Origin: Pocillopora damicornis
Lineage: Eukaryota
Direction: 5' to 3'
Assembly: GCF_003704095.1 (NCBI RefSeq)
Contig: NW_020846216.1
Coordinates: 186,001-250,000, forward strand
DNA: 64,000 bases
Of this stretch, positions 36,301 through 49,000 are shown piece by piece. The notes beneath the pieces were generated by a model that was not told where the DNA came from, did not search any database, and saw only the letters and a list, made by a program, of their open reading frames with translations. Each line of letters starts with the position of its first letter. Position 1 is the stretch's first letter. A program made the translations under genes and the position numbers.

Positions 36301-39300
36301 GAAATTCTTTCTAAAACCAAGAACATACCCTGCCTGTTGCATACGAATCCACAACATGACCGTACAAGCACTGAGTACAATTCACAATGATCACTCCGCG
36401 TTTAGCTGCAGCTCGTATTTCCTCCAAGAGCTCTTTTCGTGAATCAGGGCCATTACCACTGCCATAAGTCTCGAGAACGACTCCCTCGATTGGAGGCTCT
36501 AGAAAAGCATGTACCTGGAAGAGAGGAGAATGGGCACAGGAAATGAAAAATGATATGAACGATCCAAAGAACCTCAGCTGCTTCTTCCCCAATTGTTGTC
36601 TCACGACAAGGTCAATTGATGTAGAACGCAACGTTTCGACTGCTTACTGCTAGTCTTCTTCAGGCGATGGGGTCGACTGGTTGTGCACGGCATTATATGG
36701 TGGGTTGTGGCACAGCATTCTACATCAAGTGACCTTGTCGTGAGACAACAGAACAAACTTATAATATCATTCCACTACCACAATGAACAACAACCTATTT
36801 CATAACAATAAAGGAAATGATTGCCCACTAAAGAAGCTCTTGATTGTTCATGAAAGTCTCCTTGTCAGCAGCTTGGGAAATGTATAGAAAAAAGTATGGA
36901 GAACATGTATACTTATATTGGGTAAATGGATTAAACTATGGCTTATTTTTTCTTTTTTTTTTCATTTTTGTTGGTTTTGTTTTTGTTTTTTTTTGGTTTA
37001 TTTGTTTGTTTGCTCACAACGGTAATTGTGCAACTGTCAGGGTCTGTTAATTTGCGACTTTGGATTAAAAAAATGGGCTTCAGTATTTAGAATGGAACTA
37101 TAACTATATTTCGTAGAAAAGGTTGTGGTTATTCATTATGGTGAATAACAATAAAAGCTAAGTTTCTGTTTGTCTCACGATGTAGTCACGTGTGATGTAG
37201 ATCGCTACATCATACGCGACTACATCGTGAGACAAACGAAAAACTTAGCTTTTATAACTATATTGTTACCTTGTGCTTAGAATAATTAGAATGAAGAACG
37301 AAATGCAAGTGTTATCAGCAATGTTAGTATTGTAAATATTGTTGCATTTTAAATCATAAATCTTGTTAGTACTGCAAAAAATTTATATAAAAAGTAACAT
37401 GAAGCAGAGGCTGAGGATTTGAATACTAACTGCTTCCTGTGTAATTCCAGGGAAAATTCTCAGCACTCCTATACTGGAGCTCATCTTGGTATGTATTTCA
37501 AATTTCCTTGCTTGATTTTCATAAAACAGCTCCTCCCACTCAACTAAAAAAAAGAAAAAACATTGAATAAAATAAAGCTCTTTGAGATAAAAATGAGACT
37601 TGTACTTTGTTGTGTTACATCAAAATAAGTAAAAATTGAGTTTATGATGTAAATAATTGTTGACCCTTTGGCCCCTAAAAGTGATAAGCATCTAATTTCT
37701 CCTTACAATATCACCCCTGATTCACACATTACTATCATGAGATTAGAGCAAGTAATCACCAACTATAGAGGCTCTTGATTGTTAAACAAATTCTCCTAAT
37801 CAGCACCTCAGGAAATGAATGGAGAAAAGTATGGAGAATATACATGCTGGTCTCAGTGCGTAAAGGGTTTTAAAAAAGCCCCCACATTGAACCTTTCCTT
37901 GAACCTATTAAAAGGGACCACATTTGGACAAGTCATCCAAAGCTTGAACAACATTGCCCCCTACCTTCAATACCAGCTTCTACTGTTGCCAAAGGAGGGC
38001 AGTTTGGAGAGTCAAATGCACCAAATCTGCGTGCATCAACCTTCAAGGCACGGTTGCCACGGTACAGTTTTCCATGGAAGAACAAAGTCACCTGGCATAG
38101 GTTAAATTTAAAAAAATAAAGGCATTTACCAAATGCTTTTATTTTTAAGATAAATATGACAAAGTGATGATAATAATAAAAAACATTTTTAATAATTGTG
38201 ACACTGTTAATGATGATGATAATGATGATGATGGTGAAAGCATTAGATGTCCAAGTTTTAGGTTTTCCAACTAGTTTTAAAGAATATTTTTAGGGAGTAC
38301 TGATATAGTTTTTTAATATAATTATCATATGCAGTACAATATTATTATAATTTCTCTTTTTTCTTTTAACATCATTTTTTACATTTTAATTAAATTCTGA
38401 AGAGCCTCAATAGGAGAATTTAATAAAGTATAATACAATAATAATAATAAAAAGAGATGGTGAAAAAAAAGTAAGCCAGACTAACAAAATCAGTGTTCTG
38501 CAAGGCCCTGCAAACAATTTATAATTAAGCATTAAAAATACTGTATTTGGTGAATGTTGTTGATTTTTTTTTTTTTCATGAAAGTCACACAATTATCAAT
38601 TTTATACTTAAAATTTACCTCTGGGATGACATAATGGCCAGCAATCATTAGAGCTCCAAGAAGATTTTGCCTTCCATCATTTAGATGATCACTCAAAGCA
38701 TACTACACAAAGTAAATCCAGCATATTGATTTAACAAGTACATGCAGCAAACCAGGAGTCAATTGTCTGACATCTGAATGAATATAACTATACAAACCTA
38801 ACATATTTATGGTATATAATCATATAAATACTATAAGAAGGCAGGGTGGCCCAGTGGTTAGGGCACTGGACCTGTAATCTGGTGGTCCTGGGTATGAGCC
38901 TTCCACCCTGTTGCTTATTGGATTTGTTCTTGGTTTCCCGAAGCTCAACTCCTCGGCTGCACTTTGTTTAGAGCCAAATGTTCTGCCTCTGGCCAGATGG
39001 GATTTTTAAAACACTATATTTGTTTTCTAATTGCTGCCATTATTGCTATACTTATTAGTATCATTATTCATTATTATTACTTTTACTCACACATCATTCT
39101 GTGTTATTGATAGAGTTATGCAACTGTACAAACTTGCCTGAGAACCAGTGAAGATCACTGACTTTCCAAGGTTCTCAAACATAAATGAGAGTGCTGATGC
39201 AAGATATGCCATGGTATCTGTGCCATGAAGAATAACAAATCCATGATATTTCTCATAACATTCCTTGATTTGCAGTGCAATATTGATCCAGTCGTGAATG

Positions 39301-41272
39301 TCTTGATCTTTTGAATGAACAACTACATGACTCTCTTTCATCTCAAGAACATCAACAAACACACGTTTTCCATACTTGCTGACTCTAAGCGGATTAGAAA
39401 TAAACACAATAGTGTATGGTGAGCCAAATCTCCTGGCCACTTCATCTGCTAATGTTCATTTTACCAACAGACTTGCTAACCTTATTAACAGCTACCACTC
39501 TACACTCTGTATTGAAAGCTACAAGTTTGACACCTCGTCATGTCATTACGTTGACCAAGACATGTTACTCTTGAGGTGCCCTTCCCTACCTAGAAGTATA
39601 ATAAGGTACTGCCTCTCTCTCCACCTGGGAGTATAAATAGGTACTGACTTACTCCACCCAGGAGTATAAAAAGGTACTGTCTTACTCCACCAAGGAGTAC
39701 AAATAGGTGCTGTCTCACTCCACCCAGGATTATAAAATGGTACAACCTATCTCAGGAGTACACGAGTTCCAGCAAAATGAAGGGAAACCTAATGAAATGT
39801 TAGGTGTTCAACTTTTACACTCTAAAATCATTATGCATATTCCCCATACTGTTCTTTGTACAGTTCTAAGGTGCTGACAAGGAGAATTTGCCTAAAACTC
39901 AAGAGCTCCTGTAGTTGTTGACCATCTCCATTATTCTCCTGACCTTAATGTTTGATTCAGGTGTGATACTGCAAGGAGAAATTAAGGCTAGTCTCTCTAA
40001 GGGGTTAAGGGGTTAACCTGTAATAAACTTGCATCCAATCCAAGGGAGTGGCAACTCTTAGTCCTTTCACATTACAGAGACTAAGATAAGCCACAGCACC
40101 TTGTGAGCCATTTGCATTCACAATTACCCTCATGTTTTGCATTTTTCAGAGTATTATACATTTTATTCAATGTATTTGGGGTTAAATTTTATTCAGTGTA
40201 TTTTGGGGTCAAAGTGAAAAAGGAGTATTCATATTGAGAGCCTATGAATGCCAGAAATTGAAATTTTCTCATTTACTCACGGCATCACAATTGTGTCTGA
40301 TCCAATGCCCTCCTCTGGAATATCATCCAGTACATTGCTAAGGATGTAGTCAACATACTCCACATCATGCATCATGGGAAGCTTCTTCAGTTCTTTCAGT
40401 ACATGTTTCTTATCAAGATGGAATCCTGAAAAATTAGTGGTTAACTTTACAGGAACAAGTTGACTCCAAGGAGACTTATCAACATGCAGAACATGGGCTT
40501 GCACTAAATCTAGATGTAAGCTTTCATGTCAAACTTTGTAACAATCCTTTGAAAACGAAGCAAATACTACCCCACCCTACTGAAATTTTGTTTGTTTTTG
40601 TTTTATTAATTTGTTTGGTGGGGGGGGGGGGTATAATTGTCGATCCAAAAGAAAACCTCAAGTAATGTTATTTTGAGATCACCTATGGTTCTTATCCTTA
40701 TCACTGTGAGGTAAAAGCACCATCCACTTGTACTGTGCCATAACCTCTCCCATCTACTAACTCACTATTGAAGACCCCTTGCAAAGCACTCGGTCACATC
40801 ATATGATTTTATAATTCCTTACTTTGAAATGTTTACCTTCTAGGTTTGGATCTACCTTCCATCCAAGCGCACCACCAGTATACAACAACAAAACTTTACT
40901 GTTTACAACATTCTCGTGTGTGATAGGATCCTCCACAGGAACCGTGCCCAGACGGCTTTTCGACGGACTTGAAGAACCACCATCTACAGAGGACGAACTC
41001 GAAGACCGCGACTGAAAGAAACTTCTAGACAGCTGAGCATGAAATGATCGCCTATTCAATGCTACATCACCGTCAGCAGCGTCCGAGCTGGAAGTTGACT
41101 GCATTGTTTGTTTCCCTGCTGTAGTCGAGGGAAGATGTTTTGTGCTCGACGGTACCGCGCACTTTTCTGAGCCACCTGTTGTAACAACAATGCCGTCATT
41201 TTCACCGCATTCCGGAAGTGTTTTTAGGCTTTTCTTGGAGCTTGTAGATATTTTCTTAACAGGATCACTCAT
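33383..41272 (-). CDS. ASPG: Asparaginase/ankyrin protein (60-kDa lysophospholipase-like, paralog B) with Ser-rich N-terminal extension and TGGA in place of TGGT
   Basis: Exons (minus strand) 40837-41272, 40281-40425, 39138-39384 (GC donor), 38619-38702, 37965-38091, 37431-37543, 36329-36514, 35660-35714 (runs into gap), 35091-35197 (emerges from gap), 34313-34408, 33753-34103, 33383-33562 (TAA). Motifs HGTDTMAY and ETYGSGN; ankyrin repeats [29 protein letters not shown]. Confidence 0.9.
36627..36666 (-). ncRNA. Minimal type I hammerhead ribozyme motif (Penelope-associated type)
   Basis: Minus strand: CGC-CTGAAGA-A-GACT(agcagtaagc)AGTC-GAA-ACGT-T-GCG. Intact core, stem I CGC/GCG, stem II GACT/AGTC, palindromic ACGT stem III. 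Associated with 36-bp inverted repeats 36594-36629 / 36715-36750. Confidence 0.6.
37151..37255. repeat. About 105-bp near-perfect palindrome/hairpin
   Basis: ataaaagctaagtttctgtttgtctcacgatgtagtcacgtgtgatgtag-atcg-ctacatcatacgcgactacatcgtgagacaaacgaaaaacttagcttttat. Confidence 0.85.
37660..37871. mobile_element. piggyBac-type MITE copy
   Basis: ttgaccctttg...gtaaagggttt, full family core. Confidence 0.65.
38838..39010 (+). mobile_element. tRNA-derived SINE
   Basis: tRNA-like head ggcagggtggcccagtggttagggcactggacctgtaatctggtggtcctgggt followed by an unrelated body (ggatttgttcttgg...caactcctcggctgc...gggatttttaa). Confidence 0.65.
39585..39743 (+). repeat. Tandem repeat, about 31-nt unit x5, inside a SINE-like body (about 39520-40115)
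   Basis: Unit ctccacccaggagtataaataggtactgtctta repeated with small variations. Confidence 0.75.
39807..40016. mobile_element. piggyBac-type MITE copy (reverse orientation) inserted in a SINE
   Basis: Reverse-complement family core ending ggggttaa. Confidence 0.6.
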
Positions 41273-41962
41273 AACGTTCCGAAATCACCGGTAGAACAGT
41301 TTGTACGTCGGGTGGGGCAATGACCTTCGATTTCCCGGGAACTCGCCATCTTTGTTAGCTGAGCAACCGAGCCTTATTTAAAGACGTGAGAGGATTGGGA
41401 GGTGGTGTAGGTGCTGATGAAGCTATCGGGGAAGGAAAATTTTTCTAAAAATGGAAAGAAACCTAGAATAAATAATCATGCAAGGCTAAGGGTGTTTAAA
41501 GGAAAATCGGTTTTTGAAATGTGAAATGTGTGAAATGTATGTAAAATGTTAGGAAGAAGCAGCCATACTGCTCTGGTCGTTTTTACTCTGCCCGCAAGCT
41601 CTCATAGGTTGCAAGAGCAGCGAAATCTCTTGACTTGCAGTATCGCGTGATACTAACGTCACGTGCAGTTTAAAGCCTGTAAAAAGGAATTGACTAATTA
41701 TAAGGAATGAGTTCACCATGTGCTGCTTACAACTGCACGCCTGTTCGTTGTTGTTGTTGTTGTTTTTCTTTTTTGTCATTACTTTCGCACTTGTATCTCC
41801 CGATACATAACCAAGCCTAACTGTCATGGTCGTTTGCTCCAAGCGTAAAAAGGGGGTAACTTTCTAAAGAAGCTGTTTTGCTGCGTCGGTGGGGGAGTAT
41901 AACAAGACAATTTGATTTTATCAACTGAGGTGGTAATGTAAATCGCCACCGTGAAGAGTTTA

Positions 41963-42034
41963 AAAGCTGACGCTTCGAGCGTTAGCCCCAGGCCCTTCGC
42001 TCTGACGAAGGGCTAACGCTCGGTACGTCAGCTT
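41963..42034. repeat. Inverted pair of degenerate minimal hammerhead motifs
   Basis: agctgacgcttcgagcgttagccc ... gct-CTGACGA-A-GGGC-taac-GCTC-ggta-CGT-C-AGC; the GAAA core is mutated to GGTA. Confidence 0.6.
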
Positions 42035-43035
42035 AGAAACAATGTACTAATTTCGTAAGTTTAAGCGAAGTTTTCAGAAAAGAACGGAGAAACCATAGTT
42101 ACCCATAAGTTTCCTTTATTTAGCTTATTCTTTACAAAAATACAATCCTCGCCTTTAGGTTTTTTTTATCCCATTAAACAAACAAACAAAAATGCGATTG
42201 GCGTTTGCATGAACACGAACACTAACATATAATACTCCCTCAAAATGTGAATAACTAACTTGATAATTTTTACAAATAATATTTATCTGAGCGCATCCAG
42301 CCCCCTTCCCCTCACGCTTTTGTTTGTTTTGGATATATTATAAATATATACAAAATATATACAAAATAAATAACATCGTCATATCTTAAATGGCGAAACC
42401 CAAATCTTGAGCTCAGTTATCCCTCCAATAAATAACAGCTTTTAAAATGACCTTAAAATAATTTTCCCAATATTGCCAGCCAAAGAGTAATTTTCGAATG
42501 AGTATCGCAAAGAAAAAAATCATTCAGGTGTTTTTTAGTGGCTGTTACCGAAAGTCGTTTTCAACATCTCGTTGCCGACAACTAGTTTTCGATCGTTTTT
42601 GCTGCTTTGCCAATCGCGTAAGAAGTAAAAGTCGGCTACCTTGCATTCCTTCCTAAATAAAATGTTAAGTCACTTGCGCGTATTTTTCTTCAATTGAAAA
42701 CATAGCCTTCTGGCTGTCTCACTTGTACTACGATCCCTTTAACTGATTTTAACACATTCCTAGTTCAAAAAAAAAAATTACTTTAATTCTATCGGTCCAT
42801 TATCCTGTTCCAGGTGTTCAGCTGGTAAAACGAAGCGAAACGAGGCGATAGTAACGGATAAGTGTTAAAGAACGAGGGAGACTTTGGTCGGTTCGCGTAA
42901 TAGCGTTCTCCGGCGACTTGACCCAGGCCTCCCTGGTTTTTTTCACTCAGCCGCTACTTACTGAAAGCTTGGAACAGGCTGTTTTCCCATATTAAAAAAA
43001 ACAAACAAACAAAAAAAACATGTTAAAATAATTAT

Positions 43036-46000
43036 TCAAGATGATTCAGTTAGAGAGAGAACATTAAACTTCTTTAATCCGCAGTATCCGTCTAACATAT
43101 CGATAATATTGTGCAATTCATACGACTTGGCATTGTCCATGGGAGTGCTGCCAAAAACATCACGGAGGTACGGGTTTACACCATGCTCCAGCAAGAAGGC
43201 AACAGTCTCTACGTTGTTACGGCAAACGGCCTGCAATTCAGGAGAAGAGGAAACGTCTAAACCCTTTATACCTTAATCACATTATGCATATTCTCCATAC
43301 TGTTCTCTATACATTTCTTAAGGTGCTGACAAGGAGAATTTGTTTAACAATCAAAAACTTCTGTTGGTGACGTTCATTTCCTTTATTCTCATGACCTTAA
43401 TGTGTGATCCAGGGGTGATGTTGTAAGGAGAAATTAGATGTTAGTCACTCAAAAGGGTCAAAGGGTCAAACCCGGCAGGAAATGAGACCCAACCACTGGT
43501 ATGGTTTCAGCACCGCGCGCATTTCCTTTAAGCCTCTTAAAAAAGGAACCGAGGTAATCAACACAGTCAATCAGAAAAAAAAACATTAAATAAACATAGC
43601 GCTTGGAGTCAATGATAACTAAAAATAAAAACAAGAAAACTGCTTGAAAAAAGCGCGGGAAAACGCGGGTGACCACTTCGCGAATGGTATCATTTAGCTT
43701 TGCATCTGACTGGTCGAGAAGGAGGACACAAATTTTCTGCACCAATCACAAATAAATGCAAAGGCGGTGAAATCCCAGATTACATTCAAAATCAATTAAA
43801 TTTTGAGGGTCGAAAACTTTGAGCGAGTCTTTCTTACTGTCTACATTTTTTCTCCGAACTCACCACATGGAGAGGCGTTCTTTTATCGTAATCACTCGCA
43901 TTAAAATCCGCTCCCGCGAATTGCCACACGAGTAAGTCATCCACTCGATTTTTCGCAGCCAAGCGACAAAGTTCAACCGCTGTCTCCATAGAAGATTTCA
44001 TCAACTGAGCACCAGCTTTCCGAAGCGTTTTAACGATCTCTTTGTGCCGGAATTTAATGGCATCGTCCAGAGGGGAGCATTTAAATCTGTCTCGCACTTG
44101 CGTAATTGCGCCTTTTGCCAGGAGAAATTCGACCGCTTCCGTGTTGCCTTCTACACATGCGATATGAAGAGGAGTCCTACCATCGTAGTCCGTAGTGGCA
44201 TTTACATCAGCACCCTTAAAAAAAAAGAGAGGGAAAATCCTAGTAGGAAACAGAAAGGGTCTGGGAAGAAGTCCTAACCCCCCTAAACTTTGTTTTCTCG
44301 CTCACTCTCTCCACTCTCTCGCTCGTCCCCACTCTCTCCACTCTCTCGCTCGTCCCCACAACCGAGAGTTTCCTGGGTCAGAGTGGCAAGTGATAAAAGA
44401 GATGAAGGGAAGGCGCTTCGCTCTACGAGGAATGAGTACGAATCAGTCGTGGTTGTGTAAGAGGATCGGTGCGCGACAAAAGCAGACAACATAATGTGCA
44501 TACCCTACCTGATTAAGAAGTTCTTCCATTGTCCTCACATTCCCAGCACTTGTAGCACAGCTCATGAGCANNNNNNNNNNNNNNNNNNNNNNNNNNNNNN
44601 NNNNNNNNNNNNNNNNNNNNNNNNNNNNNNNNNNNNNNNNNNNNNNNNNNNNNNNNNNNNNNNNNNNNNNCTTTTTTCGTAAATGGATTTTTTACACAGG
44701 TGATGAGAAAACTCAAACTTATTCAGAAGAAGTTGTTATCGTGATCTAACACGAAATTCTCATGACTAATTTACAAGAAAATGTGTAACATCTAGAGGGG
44801 AAAATTAACGATCAGATCTTGGGAGTTAAAGGACTAAAAAAGGTGGTCAGAATGCTTCTAAACCTGAATTCATTACAACCCTAGATTTTTGAGAGGTGAC
44901 AACGTGAATGTGAAAGTGAAACATGTAACTCTAGTTTTCAATTTCTTACCTTTCCTGTGGCATATTGATCAACCACAGGACCATGGAGACACTGTGTGCA
45001 GTTGACAATTAATACACCTCGGCGAGTAGCTTTCTTTATCTCAGAAATAATGTCCTCACGGTTGTTAGGTGCATTTCCACACCCATACGTCTGCAGGACC
45101 ACACCCAGCATGGGTGGTTTTAAAAATGCTTGCACCTGAGGAAGAGAAATGAAATAAAAAAGGCAGTCATCAATCTAACACTTATGTGCATGTGTATGAA
45201 ATATGTACATGACTTTGTGTATATTTGAGCACCAAAGATTGTTGATGGGAATTCCATGATTACTGTCATTACTTACAGTTTCAGATGTAATCCCTGGAAA
45301 GAGCCTAAGCAGTCCAATGTTGGGATTCATGTTAGAACAAACTGTGAACTTGTTAACACTGTTTGAACGGAATATTGCATCCCACTGCACTGCAAGAATT
45401 AAAGAAAGTTGCACAGGCATTGGAACATTGCAGTCAGAATGTAACATCATTAGACATAACATATTTGACCAAAGGTTTACAAAAAATCTGAATTTATGGA
45501 GTGGTTACCTCCTAGCGATTGAATTAAGGGATGTGGGAAATATGACTATGGACCACTTAGACAAGTATTTGTAAAAATTTTTAAAGAATTTCATTTATAT
45601 TTTTGTATAAATCAGGTTGTCTGATAACTAGTTCTTAGCACCTCCAGAGAAATGACAACCGTATACTGCATTTTACAGATGAAAATGCACTTGCACTCAG
45701 CAATCTAATCAAAAACATTTCTGTCTATTTCCTTGAACAAAGGGAATGATTGACATTTTCATCACCATTTTCAAGGTAAGATGCATCTGAAAGATTCATT
45801 GATAACCATGTGACTCTAAGTGACAAGCATCTAATTTCCTTTACAACATCACCCCTGAATAAAACACTGAAGTCACAAGAATAAAGGAAATGATCACCAG
45901 CCAAAGAAGCTCATGACTGTTAAACAAGTTCTCTTTGTTGGCTCCTTAGGAAATGTATAGAGAACAGTATGGAGAATATGCATACTGATGTTACAGTTTT

Positions 46001-49000
46001 AAGGATTAGAAATGATTTTACCTTCAATGTTCACCTTCATGGTTACCAGGGGAGGAAGATTTGGGGAGGCAAAGGCATCAAAGCTCCCAGCACTCACTTT
46101 GGTGGAATGGTTACCCCGATATAAATATCCGGCAAAAAACAGAGTAACCTGGCATAGAAAAAACAAACTCAGTTCTCCCAACAAAAGAGAAATAAAAAAA
46201 GAGTAACATTTTAGAGATGTGCGCGCTCTTATTGGTTAAGGACTGCATCATATCTTGCTATTATCACCCAACGCAAGGTGATTATAGTGGGAGCCCTAAT
46301 TTCAAAATGGCTGCCTTGCGTTTTGTCAATGTTACCAAGAAAGTGATGGACATGATAGAAGAAAATTCAATTCCATAGAGGGCAAAAGATGCTATTAAGT
46401 TTGGCATAACACTTTCAAAAGAAAGATGTATAGTTTTTGTTAATGGAATTAAATGAACCTGTTAAATTGTAGAGGAAACTCACTGCTATTTCAATATGAA
46501 TAACTCTTTAAAACAATTGTAACAGAACTAACAATTTTAATTTATAAATTAAATGAATTTGCAACATAATTCAAAAGCACCAGCGCAGTTATACCAAAAC
46601 AATTATTCAGCTCAGGCTCAGTGAAGATTCTTCGATAATCCCCTCAACTTTGTCTTAGGCATAATTCAACAATGTTCACTTTGCCTTTGGTGAATAATTG
46701 TTACACATTGATTTTGTCTCACATTTAAAACCTACAATTACCATTTAATGCTTCCACATTCTCCATAAGGATACAGTATTTTTATCAATAATTCAATGGT
46801 GCCTTGTTTACTAGTAGAGATTTCCTTTAACAGAGGCAAAGCTAAAAACAAACCTCAGGAATAATGTAGTGACCAGCAATGACCAATGCACCTAACAGGT
46901 TGTCACGACCATCATTTCTCTGCTCATAAATTGGAACCTTGGAAAATAAAAATTCAATAAGTAAACAAGTCATTGAAAGACAAACCTAGAGTATCACCAT
47001 CCTTTCCATGCCCCTTGATGTTTGAAGGGTGGATAATTCCATCCACTGCAAAAATCTCGAAATGGTAGATAATGTAATAATATTTTTTTTAACACTTATC
47101 CACTGGATGCTCATTCATCTTTTGAATACAATCAATTGCCCTTTGAACAACTGGGCTCTGAACTGTTAGACTAAAAGATCAAAACTTAATTCTACCATCG
47201 TTACACTAAAGTTTCTATGCACAAAGAAAAAAATATACACACTAAAAACTTGACAGAATTTTCTGCAGACCTTCCCTCTCACTTTGCAAACTAACTGGTC
47301 AATGAAAATTTCAAAAGTGGGACATCTTACCTGTGAACCAGTGAAGATCACAGATTTCCCAAGGTTTTCCAGCATAAATGACAAAGCAGAAACACTGTAG
47401 GCCATTGTATCTGTTCCATGTATTACCACAAACCCATCATATCTACTGTAATTGTCTTTAATATCAAGTGCAATTTCCACCCAGTCTCCAATCGTCATGT
47501 TTGATGAGTCTTTGAGGGGAAAGTATTCTTTGATGTAATATAATACTCGCACTCCATGAGCTGATATGCTGTTTAAGTAATGGTACGCAACAAGTGAGTG
47601 TGCATGTTTGGAGAGCTTTTCTATGACATGCTAAAAGTGAAGCCTATCAGAAAACTAAAATAATTATAATTTTAAAAGGGGGAGGGGTGATTACATTTAC
47701 ACAAACTGCTGGTATATTTTTTTGGGTTTTTTTTTTAAGGATTTCCAGCTGTCATAAAAGTCTAACTACATGAATATACAATTAAGATAATTTTTTATCA
47801 GCTGCTGACATGTCACTCATTTTTCATTGTAAAGGCCTATGGTGCTCAAAGACATGCTTGCTTGTCACACTCGTTATCTGCATGGCTTATTTATCATTCT
47901 ATATATAAACATATTGTTAATTTGAGTCTGGAAACCCATTGCCAATCCCCTGTTAACCATTTTATATGCCCACTTGAATAAATGTCTTTCTATTCCCATT
48001 TATGGCACTATATACTTTTGTCCACTGGACTAACATCATGTCAGAATATTTAAATAACGTGGCTAGCAAATTGAGAATCCAACAAAAGTAGAAATTTTGT
48101 ACCTTGTGATATATGAAAAATATTACGGGAAATTTCAATAGTTTCATGAGAGAATTTTTCCATCAATAGAACAGTCCCTAATTTTAAGATTCTCAGAAGT
48201 TATTTTGTATCACCTTCAAATATAATTTCTAGCTGAGAAAACTAACTCCGGTAAAATTTCTGTGCGGAAATTTTACCCCAACTCCTCTCAGGTTGAAACA
48301 TTGTCGATCTTAGAGTGACTCTTCAACTGAGCGTTGTCAAAACAATCGATGTGGTTTCAGCTGCGATACCGAACAAATTTAACGTTCAGAGGTTTAATCA
48401 TTGACTTGGCTACGACGTGTATGCCTGAGCAAGTCACGCACGCATGTCGGTAAACAAATCGAACCCCAAAGATTAAGTAAACAATTTTAGGAGCTAAGTA
48501 AGCTTGATTAATATTGAGAGGCATCGTTGACATAGGTTTCAAAAAATTTGATTACGTTATGGTGCCCACTAAAAAAGGATGTATAGAAAATGATTTTGAC
48601 TCCCGTTTGTCCACGCCGACATTTAAATTGGATGAAACAATTCTACAATGCCTCTATCGACTGTTGTTTCTCGATCATTGACATCACTGACAACACATCG
48701 AACACATCAGCAGGGTATGAAAACAAAACATTTATCACAAAAGCCCAAATCATTAAACAGCTGAACACGCAGACATGTATAAATAGACTTACGGCATTGC
48801 TAACTCTTCTAGCTGTGAAGTACTGGCAGCGTTGTCACAGCTGAAAGACTTAAGACTTCCTTTTGGTTCAATCTTTGTATAATCCTCATCATACAACATA
48901 GGAAGTCTCTTTATTTGCGTCTGAAGGTGGCCAGATTTCGGCTGATATCCTAAACAAAGTAAAACAAAGCATATTTAATTGTATCATTGGGTTATCATAC

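Noticed and set aside
38838-38915. Functional tRNA gene
   Set aside because: The T-arm/B-box is degenerate, there is no acceptor stem, and it continues into a SINE body.
41168-41191. IVVTTGGS in the paralog B extension as a substitute catalytic TGGT loop
   Set aside because: Short match within low-complexity sequence about 100 aa from the domain; chance is sufficient.
44571-44949. Exon loss in ASPG paralog C
   Set aside because: The absent exons map to a 100-N gap that cuts an exon mid-way.
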